Assembly: GCA_944389525.1 (NCBI GenBank)
Contig: CALXMR010000002.1
Location: 55,259-119,258, forward strand
Source of the DNA: an uncultured Alphaproteobacteria bacterium
GTDB lineage: Bacteria; Pseudomonadota; Alphaproteobacteria; Rs-D84
DNA: 64,000 nt
Direction of reading: 5' to 3'
Shown here: piece by piece, positions 48,029 through 56,798 of the stretch
Numbering within the stretch: the first letter of the stretch is position 1
Layout of the letters: each line of letters opens with the position of its first letter
Notes under the pieces: generated by a model
What the model was told of the DNA's origin: nothing
Database searches by the model: none
Seen by the model: only the letters and a program-made list of their open reading frames with translations
Position numbers and translations under genes: made by a program

Positions 48029-48105
48029 TGATATGATTTTATCATAAATCCTGACTTGAATCAAAACGCTTTATTTGATAAAATTGAAAAAAAGAGAGAA
48101 GGCCA

Positions 48106-48669
48106 ATGAAAAAAACATTGCTGTGTATGATTTGTTCTGTGCTGGTGCTGGGGGCGTGCGCGACTGATACTGATACGCCGTACAACACGACCGATTTTGC
48201 CCAGGGTGGGGCCGATGCGCCGTTATATAACGAACGAACCAGTGAATTTATGCAGGCGGATAACCAATATTCTAATATTGATTCGTATAAACCGAAAACC
48301 GCCGCGGAAAAAGAACAAAATGATAATCGTTGGAATACGGCACGCATGGAAACGCGGTGGCAAGAATATCGTGGCACGATGGTCCGGGTCCAGATACTGT
48401 TGGGAAATACCGACTTGCGTGAAATGCGCCTGCGCCTGATGCAGAACGCCGATGGTATGGATGTCGATGGCGATGCCCGCACCATATTGGCCAAGGTTGC
48501 AGACTATGAAATGAAACGCGTTTGTGGTCGTAACGCGGACAGTATTGTGATGGTTTATGATCGGCCATCGTTTGATGTGATGCGTCCGACACCGTTCTTT
48601 GACTATCGGGTCGAAGCCGAAGGGTCAACCATGCGTGAATACGGTTTCAGATGTGTGTACAACAATTAA
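48106..48669 (+). CDS. Lipoprotein, function unknown
   Basis: [18 protein letters not shown] lipobox. 187 aa. Confidence 0.55.
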   Translation: MKKTLLCMICSVLVLGACATDTDTPYNTTDFAQGGADAPLYNERTSEFMQADNQYSNIDSYKPKTAAEKEQNDNRWNTARMETRWQEYRGTMVRVQILLGNTDLREMRLRLMQNADGMDVDGDARTILAKVADYEMKRVCGRNADSIVMVYDRPSFDVMRPTPFFDYRVEAEGSTMREYGFRCVYNN

Positions 48670-48695
48670 CAACTAAACAAAAAAAAGGGGAAAGT

Positions 48696-49031
48696 ATGAA
48701 AAAACTGATGTCTGCGGTCGCAGTATGTGGTGCAATGTTCTTGGGTGCGTGTGACAGCAATGCTGGCGCACAAAATGGTGATACGGTTGTGATTGATTTT
48801 GCTGGATTCAAAGACGGGGTTCAGTTTGATGGCGGTACCGCCACGAATTTCCCATTGGTACTAGGCAGCGGCCAGTTTGTCCCAGGATTCGAAGAACAGA
48901 TTGTTGGCATGGAACAGGGCGAAACACGTGATATCAACATTACATTCCCAGAAAACTATGTACCTGAATTGGCGGGTGCAGATGTTGTGTTCACCGTCAC
49001 TGTGAACGAAATTATCCCGGCGGCGGAATAA
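48696..49031 (+). CDS. Lipoprotein consisting of a trigger-factor-type FKBP PPIase domain
   Basis: The start was taken at [19 protein letters not shown] (lipobox). [45 protein letters not shown]...ITFPENY is collinear with the trigger-factor PPIase domain. Confidence 0.7.
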   Translation: MKKLMSAVAVCGAMFLGACDSNAGAQNGDTVVIDFAGFKDGVQFDGGTATNFPLVLGSGQFVPGFEEQIVGMEQGETRDINITFPENYVPELAGADVVFTVTVNEIIPAAE

Positions 49032-49048
49032 TAATTCGGAAAAATGTG

Positions 49049-49077
49049 AACCGGTCTGGATCCAGACCGGTTTTTTT
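49049..49077 (+). terminator. Rho-independent terminator
   Basis: aaccggtctgga/tccagaccggtt perfect palindrome followed by ttttt. Confidence 0.8.
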
Positions 49078-49140
49078 ATTGCGCTGGTTTTGAATTTTCT
49101 TTATTCTGGGAATACATACCTAATCTAGACGGGGGACGGC

Positions 49141-50085
49141 ATGGCATTACCACATATTTCAAAATCGCGGATGTTTTGGTCGCGTGTTGCAACATTTTGG
49201 ATACCGATGACAAAATATCGCCGGGCAATACGCGGTATGATATGGATGGGGGTGGGAAATTATTTTCGCGTATTGCGTAATGATAAAACGACACACTTCC
49301 CGCACGAGTTATCTGTCGTTGCGATTATCAAAGACGAAGGGCCATATTTAAAAGAATGGTTGGATTATCACATGTTGGTTGGTGTAGAAAAGTTTTACAT
49401 ATATGATAATGAATCCAGCGACAATACCAAACAGGTCTTGGCACCATATATCCGGCGTGGGATTGTTGAATACACATACTTGCCAGGTGAACGCCAGCAG
49501 AACATTGCATATATTGATGCGATAAATCGTTTTTCAAATGACACGCGTTGGTTGGCGATAATTGATTTGGATGAATTTATTGTGCCGGTTCACAATAAAA
49601 CAATCACAGAATTTTTGTACACATTGCCACGCAATTTTGGTGCATTGGTAATATCGTGGGTTATATACGGATCTGCGGGACATATAAAGAAACCGCGCGG
49701 GTTGGTAACGGCGAACTATAAATACCATGCCGCCCGCAATTGGGGGGTCAAGTCGATTGTTAATCCGCGTCTGGTTGTGCGTCAGTATAATCCGCATTTA
49801 AATCCAGTCGCGGGTTTTATCATAGATGAAAATGGGCATCGTTTGGGACGTATAAAACAGACAACAAATCCCCCATCGTTTAATCATATACGATGCAATC
49901 ATTATGTTACAAAATCATTCGATGAATATCGTGCACGCTGTGCCAAGGGCAGTGCCAGCGTAGGCAAAAATCATGAACGCAAACGTTGGTCGATTGAAAA
50001 GTTCAATAAATATAATCAAAATGATATCTATGATGATATTATGGACAAGTATATCCCACTATTAAAAAAATCCCGGCGTAAATAG
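49141..50085 (+). CDS. Glycosyltransferase family 92-like (DUF23/Glyco_tranf_2_4)
   Basis: LSVVAIIKDEGPYLKEWLDYHMLVGVEKFYIYDNESSD...IDLDEF pattern. Confidence 0.65.
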   Translation: MALPHISKSRMFWSRVATFWIPMTKYRRAIRGMIWMGVGNYFRVLRNDKTTHFPHELSVVAIIKDEGPYLKEWLDYHMLVGVEKFYIYDNESSDNTKQVLAPYIRRGIVEYTYLPGERQQNIAYIDAINRFSNDTRWLAIIDLDEFIVPVHNKTITEFLYTLPRNFGALVISWVIYGSAGHIKKPRGLVTANYKYHAARNWGVKSIVNPRLVVRQYNPHLNPVAGFIIDENGHRLGRIKQTTNPPSFNHIRCNHYVTKSFDEYRARCAKGSASVGKNHERKRWSIEKFNKYNQNDIYDDIMDKYIPLLKKSRRK

Positions 50086-51378
50086 TTATTCCAAAATATC
50101 CCCAGCCTTGATGTATTCTGGGGATTTTGGGTCCAGTGATTTTTGTGCACGGCGTGCATACTTGCGCGCATTGTCTGTGTCACCCAGCATGTGGTAATAT
50201 TCTGCGCGGGCCCAATCTGCGCGCCCGTCATCGTATGCGCGTGCCAATACCCAGTATGTCAATGGTGCCGGTGCGGCCAGAATTGCCCGTTTGCACAATT
50301 CGATTGCACGGTCTGTATCGCCATCTGCCCGCCGTTCGGTCAGTACCAAGCCCAGGGCTGTTTCTATCTGTGGCGCGTTATCATCGCGTGCCAACGCGTT
50401 TTCGTATGCGCGTACACTGGCGTCATAGTTTCCCATCTGGTATTCAATATCGCCCAATAATTCATAGTAATATGGATTATCCGGATTGCGCGAAATCAGT
50501 GTATTTGTGCCAACCCGCGCGGAATCCAGATTGCCAATTCCCATCCGGGCGATTGCGCGCGCGTACAGTGCCGCATCCGATGTATCCGAATTGGGATATC
50601 GCGTCATAACATTATCAAAACTGTCCAGATACCCAATCAGTTTTGCCCGAACCAGTTCATATTCGGCATTTTGCGTGTCAGATGGTTCGTTTGGATACTG
50701 GTGTGATTTGTCATGTCGGTCAATTTGGGCACGAACATTATTCAGTCGTTCCGCAGTCAGTGGATGGTTTATACGATTAGGATTTATTCGTGATTCCAGC
50801 ACACCAGTCATCTCTTGCATTTGACGAAATACATCAATAAAACCGTTCGGATTCAAGCCGGCCTGTAACATCAGTTTGACCCCCATGTCATCGGCAATAC
50901 GCTCTTCGTCCCGCGTAAACGCCAGCATAGATTGCGTTGCCACACCGCCTGAACCGGCCAACACCCCCGCGCCCAGGGACGGATCGCCACCCGCCGCCAT
51001 CAGACCAATTCCCAACGCCTGGATTAACATCGTGCGCGTCATTTCGGCGGCCATGCGGGATGACATTTGTGTCATATGCCCACCCAATGTATGCCCCATT
51101 TCGTGTGCAATAACCGCCTGTAACGCAGATGGATTTTTTATTTGTTTCAACAGTCCGGTGTAAACATATACATCTTCGCCGCCCATAACAAACGCGTTAA
51201 AATCATCGCTGTTTATAATGTGCACGCGCAGGCGTCCGTCCGGTATATCGGCCGCGCCGGCCAATGGCGATACCAGTTCGGTTAACAGTTTTTCTGTTTC
51301 TGTATCGTTAATCAGTGATACTGCGTACGCTGGTACCGATAAAATTGCGCATAGTAAAAATACCAGAATCTTATGCAT
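50086..51378 (-). CDS. M48 metalloprotease with C-terminal TPR repeats (BepA-like)
   Basis: Signal peptide MHKILVFLLCAILSVPAYA, zinc motif HEMGHTLGGH, and TPR-like helices in the C-terminal half. Confidence 0.75.
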   Translation of the reverse strand: MHKILVFLLCAILSVPAYAVSLINDTETEKLLTELVSPLAGAADIPDGRLRVHIINSDDFNAFVMGGEDVYVYTGLLKQIKNPSALQAVIAHEMGHTLGGHMTQMSSRMAAEMTRTMLIQALGIGLMAAGGDPSLGAGVLAGSGGVATQSMLAFTRDEERIADDMGVKLMLQAGLNPNGFIDVFRQMQEMTGVLESRINPNRINHPLTAERLNNVRAQIDRHDKSHQYPNEPSDTQNAEYELVRAKLIGYLDSFDNVMTRYPNSDTSDAALYARAIARMGIGNLDSARVGTNTLISRNPDNPYYYELLGDIEYQMGNYDASVRAYENALARDDNAPQIETALGLVLTERRADGDTDRAIELCKRAILAAPAPLTYWVLARAYDDGRADWARAEYYHMLGDTDNARKYARRAQKSLDPKSPEYIKAGDILE

Positions 51379-53422
51379 TGATACCAACCCCACGGTCAAA
51401 AATAAACATTAAATCACGCACGGTATCTGATGGTGCCACCATATCGCGTGCCGCCGCCGCGGCCAATTTAAATAAATCACGATGATGCGCATAATCAACA
51501 AAGTGGTAATTTATCCAACCGCTTTGCCGTGTACCCAACAGTTCGCCCGTGCCGCGCATAATCAAATCTTGTTCGGCAATTACAAAACCGTCATCCGTTT
51601 TGGTTAACACATCCAGACGCTTCATTCCATCTGTGCTGGTGTTATTCCCATACAGCAGTATGCAATATGATTGCATGTTGCCGCGCCCCACGCGTCCGCG
51701 CAATTGGTGCAAAGCCGCCAGACCAAAACATTCAGCATTTTCAATAACGATAATTGTTGCGCGCGGGACATCAATGCCAACCTCTATAACCGTGGTGGCA
51801 ACCAACAGGCGCATATCAGAATTATCATCGGCAAATTGCGCCATAACTGTATCACGCTGTTTTTTATCCATTTGACCGTGGACCAACCCGGCGTGGGGAA
51901 ATATTTTTTTTAACGCATCGTATCGTGCGTGCGCGGCAGTCATATCTGATGTGTCTGATTCCGCGACCAGCGGACACACCCAGAAAACCTTGGCGCCGGA
52001 ATCGATTTGTAATCTCAGTCGCGAAACCAGCGCATCAATTCGCGCAATTGGTAACTTGGTCGTCTTAATAGGAATTCGACCTGCGGGCTTTTCATTTATA
52101 ATCGACACATCCATATCGCCGTATATTGTCATAGATAATGTGCGTGGAATCGGTGTTGCCGACAGGGCCAGCATGTCTGGGTTATGCCCCTTGGTACGCA
52201 GTGCTTCGCGCTGGGATACGCCAAAGCGATGCTGTTCGTCAATAATAACCAGACCCAAATCTTTATATTCCACATCGTCCGAGAATAACGCATGTGTTCC
52301 AACGATAATTTTTGTCCGACCCGAACGCAGTGATATTAATTTTTCACGTCGTGGCGCGCCCTTGTCCCGACCGGTCAATATGTCGCATACAACGCCAATT
52401 TTATCGCACATCGGGCGCAGTTTTGCATAATGCTGTTGTGCCAATGTGTCTGTTGGCGCCAACAGTGCCGTTTGACCCCCGGTTTCAGCCATCTTGATTG
52501 CCGCCGCCAATGCCACGATTGTTTTCCCAGAACCAACATCGCCCTGGACCAGGCGCATCATCGGTATATCGCGCGCCATATCGGTAAATATTTCGTTTAT
52601 TGTGCGCGTTTGTGCATCAGTCAAAGAAAACGGCAAGGCTGCATAAAATTTGTCCATCAAATTATATCTCTGGGGGCGCGGCGTGCGGCGATTGCGTGCG
52701 TCTGTCCTGGTGCGGCGACTGATAACAATTGCGGATTGATGTGCCAATAATTCCCAATACGCCAGCTTTACCACATATTCAGAATTTGGACCCAAATCGG
52801 CGTCAGATTCAGGATAGTGCACATGGCGCAATGCATCAAAAAACTCTGTTATATCTGAATCTGCACCGGCCAGTTTTTCCGGCAACAGGGCAAAAATTTG
52901 ATCGCGCACATTTGCAAATGTTTTCTGGGTCAGCCCCAGTCCAGCGGGGTAAACCGCCTGGGCACTGGGGATTTTAGCGGCATTTTGCATTTCTTCGATA
53001 AATTCGGGGTGGTTTATCACCGCGCGCGCACCATTTTCCAGTTTTCCACTGACCATCCGCCATTGGCCAACAGGTAACTTTTTCAGCCAATAGTCCAGAA
53101 AGTTCACATTAAAGAACTGGATTATAACCGTATTGCCCATTTTATCGTTGCATATAATCTGGGTCGGGCGGCGGTGGCCACGAAATACCCCGCCAGTGCG
53201 ATGCGATTTCACCAACAGCGGTATGGTTATAACATCGCCCGCCGTGGCATCAGATACGCATTCTGTCACCCCGCGTGCGCGAACATACGCCGGCGTATGT
53301 AGCATGAAATCCAACACGCGCCGCCCGCCCAGCACATCGTCAAAGCGTGTGGCCAATACGGGACCAACGCCCTTGATGAATTGCAGGTCTGTATTCAAGA
53401 AATCAAATAATTCGCGTTTCAT
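51371..53422 (-). CDS. recG: ATP-dependent DNA helicase RecG
   Basis: LVQGDVGSGKT, IIDEQHRFGV, and a TPIPRT-type motif (SATPIPRTL). 683 aa. Confidence 0.95.
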   Translation of the reverse strand: MKRELFDFLNTDLQFIKGVGPVLATRFDDVLGGRRVLDFMLHTPAYVRARGVTECVSDATAGDVITIPLLVKSHRTGGVFRGHRRPTQIICNDKMGNTVIIQFFNVNFLDYWLKKLPVGQWRMVSGKLENGARAVINHPEFIEEMQNAAKIPSAQAVYPAGLGLTQKTFANVRDQIFALLPEKLAGADSDITEFFDALRHVHYPESDADLGPNSEYVVKLAYWELLAHQSAIVISRRTRTDARNRRTPRPQRYNLMDKFYAALPFSLTDAQTRTINEIFTDMARDIPMMRLVQGDVGSGKTIVALAAAIKMAETGGQTALLAPTDTLAQQHYAKLRPMCDKIGVVCDILTGRDKGAPRREKLISLRSGRTKIIVGTHALFSDDVEYKDLGLVIIDEQHRFGVSQREALRTKGHNPDMLALSATPIPRTLSMTIYGDMDVSIINEKPAGRIPIKTTKLPIARIDALVSRLRLQIDSGAKVFWVCPLVAESDTSDMTAAHARYDALKKIFPHAGLVHGQMDKKQRDTVMAQFADDNSDMRLLVATTVIEVGIDVPRATIIVIENAECFGLAALHQLRGRVGRGNMQSYCILLYGNNTSTDGMKRLDVLTKTDDGFVIAEQDLIMRGTGELLGTRQSGWINYHFVDYAHHRDLFKLAAAAARDMVAPSDTVRDLMFIFDRGVGINA

Positions 53423-53463
53423 ACATTATAAAAGTAGTCAAATTGGCGCAATTTATCAACAGT

Positions 53464-53653
53464 AAAAAAACGCCGCCGGTTTCCCGGCGGTGTTTCCGAA
53501 TGCCCCGAAAGGAAGGAAAGGAGAAAAAGAAATTGGGCATTCTAAACCAAGTTTGGGGCCCAGAGTCCAGAGGAGAGAGAATGTAGGAGGGAGTCTGAAT
53601 CCCTGGACCCCATGGGGTTTTCACCCCGGTCGCCGGGGTTGCCCCCTTTGACG
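53464..53653 (-). ncRNA. Candidate small RNA (~190 nt) with CU-rich loops, bounded by a promoter and an intrinsic terminator
   Basis: On the minus strand, TTGACA-17 nt-TACATT lies at 53688-53660. A G+C-rich segment follows, containing GAATGCCC-[29-nt CU-rich loop CUCCUUUCCUUCCUUUC]-GGGCATTC and a GTCCAG...CTGGAC stem around CUCCCUCCU. It ends in CACCGCCGG-GAAA-CCGGCGGCG-TTTTTTT. No credible ORF is present. Confidence 0.5.
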
Positions 53654-53659
53654 AATCGA

Positions 53660-53688
53660 AATGTAATACATTTTATGTAATTTGTCAA
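53660..53688 (-). promoter_or_regulatory. Sigma-70-type promoter candidate for the sRNA
   Basis: -35 TTGACA (53688-53683), 17-nt spacer, -10 TACATT (53665-53660). Confidence 0.5.
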
Positions 53689-53860
53689 GTATTTTTGTCA
53701 AAATATTTTTTTAGTGTATGTTTTTATACTGATTTTACGCAAAAAATAGGAAATAGTCCTTGTTGTAAGTGGTTGAATATTGGAATAAAATCAATATCAG
53801 ACGCGATGAATAACGGGGTGCGCCCTGTTACATCGAAAAATAACAAGGGAGAGAGAAATC

Positions 53861-54106
53861 ATGACACACGAAGATGTTTGGCAGGCAATTGAACGCTTTG
53901 CCACAGAACATGGGATGTCTTGTTCCGGTTTGGCAAAATGCAGTGGGCTGGATCCAACGACATTTAACAAAAGCAAACGCTGGTCCAAAGAAGGCCAGCC
54001 GCGTTGGCCATCGACAAACAGTATTTCCAAGATTTTGTCGTCAACCGGCGCCAGTATCCAAGATTTTACCAAGTTCATTGAACCACACGGCAAAGAACGC
54101 GCCTGA
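53861..54106 (+). CDS. Short HTH DNA-binding protein (phage-repressor N-terminal-domain type)
   Basis: 81 aa. WQAIERFATEHGMSCSGLAKCSGLDPTTFNKSKR...RWPSTNSISKIL resembles the HTH domain of alphaproteobacterial S24-type repressors, but no peptidase domain follows. Confidence 0.6.
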   Translation: MTHEDVWQAIERFATEHGMSCSGLAKCSGLDPTTFNKSKRWSKEGQPRWPSTNSISKILSSTGASIQDFTKFIEPHGKERA

Positions 54107-54128
54107 GAATCACGGCACATATTGGATA

Positions 54129-54153
54129 CCCGCGGCATATGCCGCGGTTTTTA
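54129..54153 (+). terminator. Rho-independent terminator of the HTH gene
   Basis: ccgcggcat-a-atgccgcgg followed by tttttatt. Confidence 0.75.
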
Positions 54154-54189
54154 TTGGACTTTTATATATGCTTTTATTATTCTGTGCGT

Positions 54190-54612
54190 ATGTTAAATGG
54201 TATAAAAATTTATTCATCAGATGCGTTGTGGCGGCATATTTTATCAGAAATGGGCGCCACGGTGTTCACGACCCCCGATGATGCCGATGTGAATTTTGAT
54301 GCGCTGGGGCTGGCTGGGCCGGTATCTGCACTGGCAATCCAGACGGCAATTCAGAACGCACTGGATGGGGATATTCATATAATACACGATATTGTTGGGC
54401 ACAATGTCCATCTGCCGGTGATACAGGCGCGCATAATAATTATGTTGCATAAGTCTGGGGGAATGTCGGGGGCTGAATTGCGTGCGGCGTTAGGATATTC
54501 GCCCAGCGCGACAACACACGCGGTTGATACTGCGATATATCAATTGCGGCGCACATTCGGACGCGATTTTATAATAAATGATAATGGGGTATACCGTATT
54601 GGCCGGGTATAA
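54190..54612 (+). CDS. Hypothetical protein with C-terminal winged-helix (OmpR/PhoB trans_reg_C-like) region
   Basis: The start was moved to MLNGIK because the 54139 ATG lies inside the terminator hairpin. The C-terminus LHKSGGMSGAELRAALGYSP...AVDTAIYQLRRTFGRDFIINDNGVYRIG has a winged-helix pattern. Confidence 0.45.
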   Translation: MLNGIKIYSSDALWRHILSEMGATVFTTPDDADVNFDALGLAGPVSALAIQTAIQNALDGDIHIIHDIVGHNVHLPVIQARIIIMLHKSGGMSGAELRAALGYSPSATTHAVDTAIYQLRRTFGRDFIINDNGVYRIGRV

Positions 54613-55264
54613 GTTAATTTCTTTTGACAAAATCCCCAGTACCCAGACATATGCGCTGGGGATGGTGGCGACAGGTATGGCGCGCGACCATACTGTTATA
54701 TTGGCCAATGCCCAATCGGCGGGCCGTGGTCGATATCGCCGCACATGGGTGTCGCATCATGGGAATCTGTACGCCAGTTTTATTTATGATGCTGATGAAC
54801 GCGACCCGCGTTTGTCATATGTTGTTGCGGTTGCTGTGGCAGAAACATTGATGTCGTTTGGTGTTCATCCAAAAATAAAATGGCCAAATGATATTTTAAT
54901 TGATGGAAAAAAAGTATCAGGAATTTTAATTGAATATGCATCACGATTTGTCATTGTTGGAATCGGGATAAATATAAAAACAAACCCAACAGTGGCGGCA
55001 TATAAAACAACCAAACTGGATAATTATGCGAATGTCGAACGCAATGATTTACTGAATAAATTGATGCGTAATTTGGATAAATGGCGGCGTACAGATTTTA
55101 TCAATGTTCGTGCGCGCTGGATGGATCTGGCCGCGGGATTAAATCATACGGTAAAGTATCGCGGTGATACGGTCGAACTGATTGGAATAAATGAAAATGG
55201 TGCGCTGGTTCTGCGTGATGGGACGCGTTATGTGTTGGCATATGGTGACGAAATCAGCATGTAA
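54578..55264 (+). CDS. birA: Biotin-[acetyl-CoA-carboxylase] ligase (group I, no N-terminal DNA-binding domain)
   Basis: QSAGRGRYRRTWVSHHGNLYASF and KWPNDILIDGKKVSGILIE motifs. 228 aa. Confidence 0.85.
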   Translation: MIMGYTVLAGYKLISFDKIPSTQTYALGMVATGMARDHTVILANAQSAGRGRYRRTWVSHHGNLYASFIYDADERDPRLSYVVAVAVAETLMSFGVHPKIKWPNDILIDGKKVSGILIEYASRFVIVGIGINIKTNPTVAAYKTTKLDNYANVERNDLLNKLMRNLDKWRRTDFINVRARWMDLAAGLNHTVKYRGDTVELIGINENGALVLRDGTRYVLAYGDEISM

Positions 55265-55415
55265 AAAATATTATCTTGACTTTTTGTGTAATTTGTGATA
55301 CTATTACACACATAAAATAAGAAAATTTATGTCCGCACCATGGCGGATTTTTTTATTTCTGGGTCGCGATTCGCGGCCCGTTTTTTTATTTCAAAACAAA
55401 ACAGGGGGGCGGTGT

Positions 55416-55826
55416 ATGCAACTGACACTGATAAAGAATCCAGATGAATCAAAATCTGATGTTTATAAAATTGCGCGCGTTGTATATGCGGAAACACATG
55501 CAACATCATTGCGCGCGGTTGAATCATTAACATCAATGATTGCGAACATCGCGCGTACATCTGGTCGATCGTATGCCGACATTGTTTCTGATACAGAATT
55601 ATTCCCGGCATTAAACCTAGCATCAGCCAGTCACCACTTGTTGGCTACTGATGCAAATGAACGCGGACTGCAAATGTGTGTGCGCGTTGCGATGCGAATG
55701 ATGCGTGGCGCATTGCCAGACACATGCAATGGTGCGACATGCTTTCATCATTCTGATGTAATACCGCCATGGGCGACATCACGCGGATACATCGCGGACA
55801 TAGATGGTTTGTTATTTTATTTGTAA
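55416..55826 (+). CDS. SleB-type cell-wall hydrolase (Hydrolase_2), endolysin candidate
   Basis: KIARVVYAETHATSL...SMIANI...GATCFHHSDVIPPWA...IDGLLFY follows the Hydrolase_2 pattern. The start was taken at MQLTLIK. Confidence 0.65.
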   Translation: MQLTLIKNPDESKSDVYKIARVVYAETHATSLRAVESLTSMIANIARTSGRSYADIVSDTELFPALNLASASHHLLATDANERGLQMCVRVAMRMMRGALPDTCNGATCFHHSDVIPPWATSRGYIADIDGLLFYL

Positions 55827-55844
55827 CACAAGGAAATTGCCAAG

Positions 55845-56066
55845 ATGCAAAAAATTATCAGCGGTGGATTTTTATCTGGTCACCGTACTTACATTATATC
55901 TGGCATTGGTATTTTATCTGCGGTTGGCGCATATCTGGTTGGTGACACAGATATATTTACAATGCTGCAATCTGTATTTACATTGGGCGGAATTTATTTT
56001 CTGCGCAAATCCAGCGAAACAAAAAGGAACAAAAATGGAAAACATTCCAGAAAAATTTCTGAATAA
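55845..56066 (+). CDS. Holin-like small membrane protein
   Basis: 73 aa with an AAGGAA RBS, two hydrophobic helices and a basic C-terminal tail. It sits directly after the hydrolase gene. Confidence 0.5.
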   Translation: MQKIISGGFLSGHRTYIISGIGILSAVGAYLVGDTDIFTMLQSVFTLGGIYFLRKSSETKRNKNGKHSRKISE

Positions 56067-56691
56067 AGATGGAACATTAAACACGGATGCGTTATTAAAA
56101 TCGTATCTGGAACTGGAAAAGAAAATCGGAACGATGATATCTGTGCCGTCCCCAGATGCTGATGAATCTGCACGAAAAAAATTTAATCGTGCCATTGGCG
56201 TTCCAGAAAATGCATCTGAATATCCAACGAATCAGTTGTTTGATGATGATGCATTGCGTGAAAAATTTTTTGAAATGGGTTTAACATCGTCACAAGTTGA
56301 ACAAATTTATCAAATCGCCGAAGATTTTTTATCACCTGTTTTAAATGATTTATTTGATATGCAAAATGAAACAACCGCGATTACAGAATTAAAAAATTTT
56401 TTCGGTGGCACAGAAAAAATGAATGACGCATTGCGTGCAATAAAATCGTTTGGTGAAAAGTTTTTACCGCGTGATGCGTTTGATATGTTATGCGCGTCAC
56501 CCCAGGGAATCCAAGGCATCTATCAAATGATGCAATCGATTGAACCATCTGTTGTGGCGGGTGACGATGATATGAAAAAATTATCAGATTCGGATCTGCG
56601 GCGTATGATGCGTGATCCAAAATATTGGCGTGACCAAGATCCAGAATATGTTCGCAAAATAGAAAATGGTTTTAAAAAATTATATTCGTGA
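56035..56691 (+). CDS. Scaffolding (capsid assembly) protein candidate
   Basis: An internal ATG follows AAAGGA. MENIPEKFLNKDGTLNTDALLKSYLELEKKIG resembles the N-terminus of podoviral scaffold proteins (from memory). The protein is acidic and helical, and lies upstream of the capsid gene. Confidence 0.45.
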   Translation: MENIPEKFLNKDGTLNTDALLKSYLELEKKIGTMISVPSPDADESARKKFNRAIGVPENASEYPTNQLFDDDALREKFFEMGLTSSQVEQIYQIAEDFLSPVLNDLFDMQNETTAITELKNFFGGTEKMNDALRAIKSFGEKFLPRDAFDMLCASPQGIQGIYQMMQSIEPSVVAGDDDMKKLSDSDLRRMMRDPKYWRDQDPEYVRKIENGFKKLYS

Positions 56692-56798
56692 TAAAAATTT
56701 TTCACTTTCTTCTTTACTAATTTTTTTCTTTCATATAAAATAAAAGTAAGAACAAAAATAAATTTGTTCTATCCAAAAATAAAATGAAGGAGAGAAGA

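Noticed and set aside
53403-53624. 73-aa minus-strand ORF overlapping the sRNA candidate.
   Set aside because: It reads through the intrinsic terminator and into the recG start region out of frame. It has no RBS, and its product is low-complexity.
53464-53653. Whether the structured RNA is tmRNA (a two-piece alphaproteobacterial form), SRP/4.5S RNA, 6S RNA or RNase P RNA.
   Set aside because: - tmRNA: there is no tRNA-like acceptor end. The candidate T-arm AGGGA-TTCAGAC-TCCCT lacks the conserved A58 and has no following acceptor strand or CCA.
- SRP RNA: there is no GGAA-tetraloop/AGCA motif.
- 6S RNA: the 5' and 3' ends do not pair as a 6S closing stem would.
- RNase P: it is far too short.

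It is kept only as an unclassified sRNA candidate.
54139-54189. ATG at 54139 as the start of the winged-helix gene (track ORF 54139-54612).
   Set aside because: The ATG sits in the loop of the perfect terminator palindrome ccgcggcat-a-atgccgcgg. The start was moved to 54190.
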